Source: Octopus sinensis
Taxonomy: Eukaryota
Direction of reading: 5' to 3'
DNA length: 64,000 bases
Assembly (NCBI RefSeq): GCF_006345805.1
Contig: NC_043005.1
Span: forward strand, 98,704,001-98,768,000
The notes below the pieces were generated by a model, which was given only the letters and a program-made list of their open reading frames with translations, ran no database searches and was not told where the DNA came from. Within the stretch, counting starts at the first letter, position 1. Each line of letters begins with the position of its first letter. Position numbers and translations under genes: made by a program. Shown here piece after piece: positions 55,314 to 64,000 of this stretch.

Positions 55314-55426
55314 CTATCTGGATGAAATCCACTCAATCACACGCCAGATTTTACCATATATATGTATATGTATATATATATATGTATATATATATATGTA
55401 TATGTATATGTATATATGTATATATA

Positions 55427-55479
<53 letters not shown>

Positions 55480-55763
55480 ATATATATATGTATATATATA
55501 TATGTATGTATATATATGTATTATAGGTATATATATATTTGTATATATATATAGGATATGTATATATATATATATGTATATGTATATATATATATATGTA
55601 TATGTATATATGTATATATATATATATGTATTGTATATATATGTATATGTATATATATATATATGTATATGTATATATATGTATATGTATATATATATGT
55701 ATATGTATATATATATGTATATGTATATATATATGTATATGTATATATATGTATATGTATATA

Positions 55764-55810
<47 letters not shown>

Positions 55811-56202
55811 ATATATGTATATGTATATTATATGTATATGTATATGTATATGTATATATATGTATATGTATATATATGTATATGAGTTATATATATATGT
55901 ATATGTATATATATATGTATATGTATATATGTATATATATATAATATATATGTATATGTATATATATGTATATATGTATATATATATAATATTATGTATA
56001 TGTATATATATGTATATGTATATATATATGTATATGTATATATATGTATATATATATGTATATGTATATATATGTATATAATATATATATATATATGTAT
56101 ATGTATATGTGTATATGTATATATATGTGTATATGTATATATATATGTTATATGTATATATATATGTTATATATATATATATGTCTATATATATGTTCTA
56201 TA

Positions 56203-56287
<85 letters not shown>

Positions 56288-56489
56288 GTATATATATATA
56301 TATGTATATATATATATGTATAATAATATATTATATGTATATAATATATATATTTATGTATATATATATATATTTATGTATATGTATATATTATATATAT
56401 ATTTATGTATATGTATATATATATATATATTGTATATGTATATGTATTATATATATATATGTATATATATAGATGTATATATATATATG

Positions 56490-56520
<31 letters not shown>

Positions 56521-56540
56521 GTATTATATATATATTATAT

Positions 56541-56577
<37 letters not shown>

Positions 56578-56626
56578 GTATATATATATATGTATATATA
56601 TATGTATGTATATATATATATGTATA

Positions 56627-59600
56627 TCATCATCATCATCATCATCATTTAGCGTCCGTTTTCCATGCTAGCATGGGTTGGACGGTTCAACTGGGGTCTG
56701 GGGAGCCCGAAGGCTGCACCAGGCCAGTCAGATCTGGCAGTGTTTCTACAGCTGGATGCCCTTCCTAACGCCAACCACTCCGAGAGTGTAGTGGGTGATT
56801 TTATGTGCCACCGACACAGGTGCCAGACGAGGCTGGCGAACGGCCACGCTCGGATGGTGTTTTTATGTGCCACCGACACAGGTGCCAGACGGCTGGCAGA
56901 CGGCCACGCTCGGATGGTGTTTTTATGTGCCACCGACACAGGTGCCAGATGAGGCTGGCAGGTGCCAGACGAGGCTGGCAGACGGCCACGCTCGGATGGT
57001 GTTTTTATGTGCCACCGACACAGGTGCCAGATGAGGCTGGCGGACGGCCACGATCGGATGTGTGTTTGTTACGTCCCCAAAGCACGGAGGCCAGTCTATG
57101 CGGTACTGGCTACGGCCACGTTCGGATGATTTTCTTGTGTGCCACCGGCACTGGTACCACAAAGATACAAATTCCATTTATGCTCATCTATTTTGATTTG
57201 TTTTGATTTGATTTGATTTTCACTTGCCTCAACAGGTCTTCACAAGGGTCACAAGAAGGAAGGTATGCACAGGTGGACTGTCTACGTCGCCGGGTCTTGG
57301 ATGGTGTCTTTATGTGCCACCGACACAGGTGCCAGATGTGGCTGGCGAACGGCCACGATCGGATGGTTTTCTTGTGTGCCACCGGTACTGGAACCACAAA
57401 GATACAAATTCCATTGATGTTCATCTATTTTGATTTGGTTTGATTTGATTTTCACTTGCCTCAACAGGTCTTCACAAGTGTCACGCGTGTCACACACTTG
57501 CCTCAACAGGTCTCCACAAGTGTCACACACTTGCCTCTGCCTCAACAGGTCTTCACAAAGTGTCACACACTTGCCTCTGCCTCAACAGGTCTTCACAAGT
57601 GTCATAAGAGGGAAGGTATGCACAGGTGGACTGACTACGTCGCCGGGTCTTTGGATGGTGTTTTTATGTGCCACCGACACAGGTGCCAGGTGAGGCTGGC
57701 GAACGGCCACGATCAGATGGTTTGTGTGCCCACAGCACGGAGGCCAGTCGATGCGGTACCAGCTACGGCCACTTCGGATGGTTTTCTTGTGTGCCACCGG
57801 TACTGGAACCACAAAGATACAAATTCCATTGATATTCATCTATTTTGATTTGGTTTGATTTTCACTTGCCTCAACAGGTCTTCACAAGTGTCACACACTT
57901 GCCTCAACAGGTCTTCACAAGTGTCATAAGAGGGAAGGTATGCACAGGTGGACTGACTACGTCGCCGGGTCTTCGGATGGTGTCTTTATGTGCCACCGGC
58001 ACAGGTGCCAGATGAGGCTGGCGAACGGCCACGATCGGATGGTGTTTGTTGTGCCCACAGCACGGAGGCCAGTCGATGCGGTTGGTTACGGCCACGTTTG
58101 GGTGGTTTTCTTGTGTGCCACCGGCACTGGTACCACAAAGAATACAATTCCACTGATGTTCATCTATTTTGATTTGTTTTGATTTGATTTGATTTTCACT
58201 TGCCTCAACAGGTCTTCATAAGTGTCACAAGAAGGAAGGTATGCACAGGACTGACTAGTCCCAGGTCGGGGCCACGGGTTATGGCCTGACTAGTCTTGCC
58301 GGGTCTTCTCATGCACAGCATACTTCCATGGTCTCGGTCTTAGACATTCCTTAGTGAGACCTAAAGTTCGAAGGTCGTGCTTCACCACCTCGTCCCAGGT
58401 TTTCCTGGGTCTACCTCTTCCACAGGTTCCTCCACTGCTAGGGTGTAGCACTTTTGCACACAACTATCTTCAGCCTTTCTTGTCACATGACCATACCAGC
58501 GCAGCCGTCTCTCTTGCACGCCACAACTGACGCTTCTTAGGTTCAGTTTCTCTCAAGGAACTTACACTCTGACGATTATAACACTGACATTACACATCAT
58601 CGGAGCATACTGGCTTCATTTCTTGCGAGCTTACGCATATCCTCAGCAGTCACGGCCCATGTTCACTACCATGTACATGCTGTACGTACACATGCATCAT
58701 ACAGTCTGCCTTTTACTCTGAGCGAGAGGCCTTTTGTCACCAGCAGGGGTAAGAGCTCTCTAAACTTTGCCCAGGCTATTCTTACTCTAGCAGTTACACT
58801 TTCAGCACACCCACCCCGCTACTGACTTGGTCTCCTAGGTAGCGGAAGCTATCAACTATTCTAGTTTGTCTCCCTGGAACGTGGCAGAAGTTGGTCTCTG
58901 CATATTTCCAGTGTTTATTGCTCTGAGCATTTGCCACAGACAAAAACTATTTTCCTAGTTAGCCTTCCTTTGACATTGCTGCACCTCTTTGTGTCCATAG
59001 CTTACACTTGGTGCATCTTATAGAGTTTCTACCTACACCTTTTTTACAGATCGAGCAGGGCCATCTACCTGAAGGCGTTTGTGATTGATCTACCTTCCTA
59101 CTTATTAGAACTTTGGTTTTGGCTAGGTTGATTCTAAGGCCCTTCGATTTAATCCTTGTTTCCACACTGGAACTTCTCCTCCAGTTCTGATAGTGACTCA
59201 GCAATTAGAGCAAGGTCATCAGCATAGAGGAGCTCCCAGGGGCAACCTGTCTTGATGTCCTCCGTTATTGCCTGGAGGACTATGATAAATAGGAGGGGAC
59301 TGAGGACTGAACCTTGGTGGACCCCAACCTCTACCCGGAATTCTTCACTGTACTCGTTGCCACCCTCACCTTACTAGCAGCGTCTCTGTACATGGCTTGC
59401 ACAGCTCTCACCAACCATTCTTCTATCCCTAGTTTCCTCATTGACACCAGATAAGGGACCGGGGGACCCTGTCAAAGGCTTTCTCCAAGTCAACAAAAGC
59501 CAGGTACAAGGGCTTATCTTGGCTAGGTATTTCTCCTGCAGCTGTCTTACCAGGAATATAGCATCAGTAGTATTTTCCCTGGCACGAACCCAAACTGCAT

Positions 59601-61248
59601 ATCATCTAAGGTAACTCTCTCTCTAAGTAGTTCGGCTACACACCCTCTCCGTAACCTTCATTACTGATCCAGCAGCTTGATGCCCCTGTAGTTATTTGTC
59701 TCTAGGGCGTCGCCTTACCTTTGTAGCAGTTGACTATTATGCTGTACACCAGTCATTGGGTATGACCCCTCGTGTATCACCTGGTTAACTATACGGGTGG
59801 ACTAAGCTATAGCCGACACACCAGATATTTATAGCATCTCTGCAGTAATTCCTGATGGGCCTGGGGCTTTCCCTGTTTTCATGCTTCTAATTGCCTTATC
59901 TACTAAGGAACTGTTAACTCGATTGCTGGGTCCCTCTGTTGGGTCGACATTCGGCAGACTCTCTTTATCCCATTCATTTTTTCATTCAGCAACCTATCAT
60001 AGTGGCGTCTCCAAGTCTCTCTCTTTGCACCCTCATTAAGTGCAAGTGAACCGTCCTCCTTGCGAACACATTTCTCTCCTACCACGTCACGATTCTCTCT
60101 CACACACTGTCTTGCAACACGAAATACCTCAAGTCTTTCATCCTCACGACGCAGGACATTGGCAAATTTTTCCTTCTCTGCTTCCCCTCTGGCTAGATAG
60201 ACCTCTCCTGGCTTCCCTTCTGGCAGGACTGATACACTTCCCTGCTAACCACCGTTCTTCCAGGCCTTCCAAGCCTGTTTCTTTTGTCTAATAGCCTGTC
60301 AACAATATTGTTCCACCACCACGTTATTTTGGGTCTTAAGGGGACTTTGCACCAGCCACAGATCTGGTCAGCGGCTTTCAGCAGGTTGTCCCTCAGAAGC
60401 GTCCAGTTTTTTCTACCCATGCGTAGCTATACTCCCTTCCATTTCGTCTAAAGCTTCAAATAACATATCTTAAATCTCTGTGCCATTCGCAGGGTCTTTA
60501 AGCTTCCAGACCCTTCTTCCCATGTTGGTCGTTTCCTTCGCCTCTTAGTCCTGATCATAAGTCACTAAATACCAGTCTATGTTGTGGGTGCATTCTTCAC
60601 TTGGGAAGGTTTTGGCATTTATAAGCAGCCATCTTTCCCTTTTTCTGGCAAGGATGTAGTCGATTTGGCTAGTATGCCGGCCCGATCGATAGGTGACCAG
60701 GTGGCTTGTCGGTTTCCTGAAGTTAGTGTTGCAAATCATAAGACTATTCGCATCGCAGAACTCCAGCAGCCTGGTCCCTCCTCGTTGCGCGGGAACCATA
60801 ACCGTAGCCTCCATGCACGCCATGGAAGCCCCCAGCACGTCGTCCAACATGCCCATTGAAGTCACCAGCCACAACAGAGAAGGTCCTGTCGTTCGTCAAT
60901 GATGTGGTTGCAGTAGGGTGTCATAGAAACAGTCTTTCTGTCCATCAGGTAGCCCTGGCTGAGGGCATAGGCCGATATAATAGTTGCTAAACTATGGGGA
61001 GCACTAATCTAATCTTAATTATTCTGTCACTTACTATGACTACCTCGATTACCTTATCTACCAATTTTTCGGCGATAAGCATGCCCACACCCCCGACTCC
61101 GTCAGTATTCCCAGCCCAGAAAATCTTGTACCTCTGTTCCTTTGCTGTGAGGAACCTAGCAGTACCTCCTCTCCACCTCACTTCTTGAATGCAGCATATA
61201 TCAACCCACCTCCGTTCAAGCATTCAACTATCTCGCCAGATCTGCTTT
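56627..61248 (-). mobile_element. Near-complete, frameshifted RTE LINE (APE endonuclease, RT, expanded 3' UTR); 5' end lost in the gap
   Basis: DICCIQEVRWRG, NTNFRKP.SHLVTY.SG...QIDYIL, TTDAIFLVRQLQEK..AFVDLEKAFD, GVHQGSVLSP, YADDL, NLAKTK, FRYLG; (GAT)n tail at 56627. Confidence 0.93.
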
Positions 61249-61348
61249 NNNNNNNNNNNNNNNNNNNNNNNNNNNNNNNNNNNNNNNNNNNNNNNNNNNN
61301 NNNNNNNNNNNNNNNNNNNNNNNNNNNNNNNNNNNNNNNNNNNNNNNN
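61249..61348. other. Assembly gap (100 N)
   Basis: Run of exactly 100 N. Confidence 1.
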
Positions 61349-62455
61349 ACATGTTGTAGTTGAAGGGGTAAATCAAGCCCAGCCAAAGTCAGTAGTGGCG
61401 TTCCGCAAGGCACTGTGCTGGGCCCACTTCTTTTCATCATTTACATTAATGACATTAATGACATCATCAAGCACAGCAACATAAAAATCTTTGCAGATGA
61501 CTCCAAGCTACAGAAGGTCATAAATGAGGCGAGTGACTGGACATGCCTTCAGTCAGATCTACTGGCTGTTATCCATGGGCAGAAAAAAACAATATGCTGC
61601 TGAACGAGGATAAATTTGAGCTAATCCACTTTGGAAAAGAGGATGCCCCGAAACGAAACTCCCATACTCCTTCCTTCAGGTGAAACTCTCGCGGCGTCCA
61701 ACAACATCAGAGACTTGGGAGTTTGTGGACACAACATAAGCTGGGCCACTCATATAAACACCAAGTTGACATGGCCCGCAGATGTGTTCCTGGATTCTCA
61801 GAACTTTCCAGTCGAGAGATATCCACACCATTATCCTTCTCTTCTCCACTTTTGCCCGACCCCACCTTGAATACTGTTGTCCACTGTGGTCCTCCCCACA
61901 CAATAAAGTATCATAAAAGTTGAAGCACCTCAAAGGGCAATCACAAAAAGATAGATGCATGACAGGCCTCAACTATTGGGGTCGACTAGAAAAGCTAAAA
62001 CTTTATTCTCTCCAACGTCGTCGTGAGCGCTACATCATCTGCATGATGTGGAAAATATTCCATCAGCATTTCCCAAATGATGTTGGCATCACCTTTAAGG
62101 TACATCCAAGGCTTGGGCCCCGTGCCATCCGCCCAAAACAAAAATCGCACTCTCATCTCATAACAACAATACGGCACAATTATTTCACCTCAATTGGCCC
62201 CGCTCTCTTTAACATTACACACCCAAAAACACATTAAAACAGAAACTGACCCTATAGGGTTCAAGAAGTCTTTGGACAGATTCCTTCAAGAAATCCCGAT
62301 AAACCCCCTACACCAGATATGTCTCTGTAAACAATAACTCTCTACTTGAGTGGGCCATAGTGCCCAAATTTGACTTGAAATACTTCACCAGGTGGTGCTA
62401 TTAAGTTAGACATGGCCTGGGCCAATAATGGCCGAAACCTATCAAAGTATCAAGT
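61349..62455 (+). mobile_element. CR1/L2-like LINE RT C-terminus and 3' end
   Basis: LGPLLFIIYIND, IFADDSKL, LKLYSLQRRRERY; short aagtatc tail then (TA)n. Confidence 0.9.
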
Positions 62456-62525
62456 ATATATATATGTATATATATCTATGTATATATGTATATTATATAT
62501 GTATATATATATATATATATGTATA

Positions 62526-62592
<67 letters not shown>

Positions 62593-62788
62593 GTGTATAT
62601 ATATATGTATATATATATGTATATTTATATATGTATATATATATATGTATATATGTATAGTATATATGTATATGTATATGTTTATATGTATATGTATATA
62701 TGTATATGTATATATATATGTATATGTATATATAATATATGTATATGTATATATGTATATATAGTATATATAGTATATTGTATATATG

Positions 62789-62824
<36 letters not shown>

Positions 62825-62908
62825 TGATATGTATATATACATATCTATATATATATATATATTATCATATATTATATATATATACATATATACTATATAA
62901 TATTATAT

Positions 62909-62959
<51 letters not shown>

Positions 62960-63325
62960 ATACTTTGATATATATATACTTGAGTGGTTGGCGTTAGGAA
63001 GGGCATCCAGCCGTAGAAACACTGCCAGATCTGACTGGGCCTGACAAAGCCTTCCAGCTTCACAGACCCCAGTTGACCCGTCCAACCCATGCTAGCATGG
63101 AAAGCGGACGCTAAATGATGATGATGATGATGATGTATGTATATATGTGTATATATATATATATGTATGTATATATATATATATATGTATATATATAATG
63201 TATATATATATATAATGTATGTATATATATATATGTATATATATATGTATGTATATATATATGTATATATATTATATATATATATGTATATATATATATG
63301 TATATATATATATGTATGTATATAT

Positions 63326-63356
<31 letters not shown>

Positions 63357-63471
63357 ATATATATATGTATGTATATATATATATATGTATGTATATATAT
63401 ATATGTATGTATATATGTATGTATATATATATATGTATGTATATATATATATGTATGTGTATATATATATG

Positions 63472-63516
<45 letters not shown>

Positions 63517-64000
63517 TATGTATGATGTATATATGTATTATATATATATATGTATGTATATATATATGTATGTATAATATATATATATGTATATATATAT
63601 GTATGTATATATATATATGTATGTATATATATATATGTATGTATATATATATATGTATGTATATATATATATGTGTGTATATATATATATGTGTGTATAT
63701 ATACATATGTTGTAATATATACATATGTGTGTATATATACATATGTGTATATATACAATGTGTATATATATACATATGTATTATATATACATATGTATAT
63801 ATATATACAATATATATATATATACATATGTATATATATATATATGTATATATATATACATATGTATGTATATATATATACATATGTGTATATATATATA
63901 CATGTGTATATATATATGTATATGTATATATATATATGTATATATATATATGTATATATTATATATAGTGTATATATATATATGTATATATATATGTATA

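Larger units (their letters stand above)
54217..55358 (-). mobile_element. 533-534 bp tandem repeat (~2.1 units) with hammerhead ribozymes; retrozyme or non-autonomous Penelope-like element
   Basis: atccacttgtagc recurs at 54221, 54754 and 55288; no ORF in the track; hammerhead spans unit junctions; flanked by (TA)n on both sides. Confidence 0.8.

Noticed and set aside
54217-55358. Mitochondrial insertion or 5S/snRNA array as the explanation for the 533-bp repeat
   Set aside because: No recognisable rRNA, tRNA, snRNA or mitochondrial gene sequence; the hammerhead fold explains the junction better (BLAST still needed)
47338-56768. Many YIYI/MYVC ORFs
   Set aside because: Translations of (TA)n/(TATG)n microsatellite
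62410-62445. ggccaataatggccgaaac hairpin plus GAAAC at the LINE 3' end
   Set aside because: No CUGANGA upstream

Overview
AT-rich, repeat-dense animal genomic DNA; the SINE/LINE/microsatellite content looks like an octopus or other coleoid cephalopod (inference). The only host gene seen is an internal part of RIC1 (RAB6 GEF partner, fly Rich) on the + strand: ten GT-AG exons from 1015 to 31735 that splice in frame. No further RIC1 exon is recognisable in the remaining 32 kb, and the exon at 10619 is followed by a degenerate duplicate. The introns hold tRNA-type SINEs of three families, RTE and CR1-like LINE fragments, TTAA MITEs, a hAT remnant, minisatellites and about 9 kb of (TA)n/(TATG)n. 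The long ORFs in the track are almost all microsatellite artefacts. The most notable signal, folded by hand, is a set of type I hammerhead ribozyme motifs. A non-coding 533-534 bp tandem repeat (54217-55358) forms a complete canonical hammerhead at a unit junction, antisense to RIC1 (retrozyme/Penelope-like). A ~330 bp inverted repeat (11443-12177) carries a long-stem-II hammerhead in each arm. Two minimal motifs lie at 18492 and 22350.
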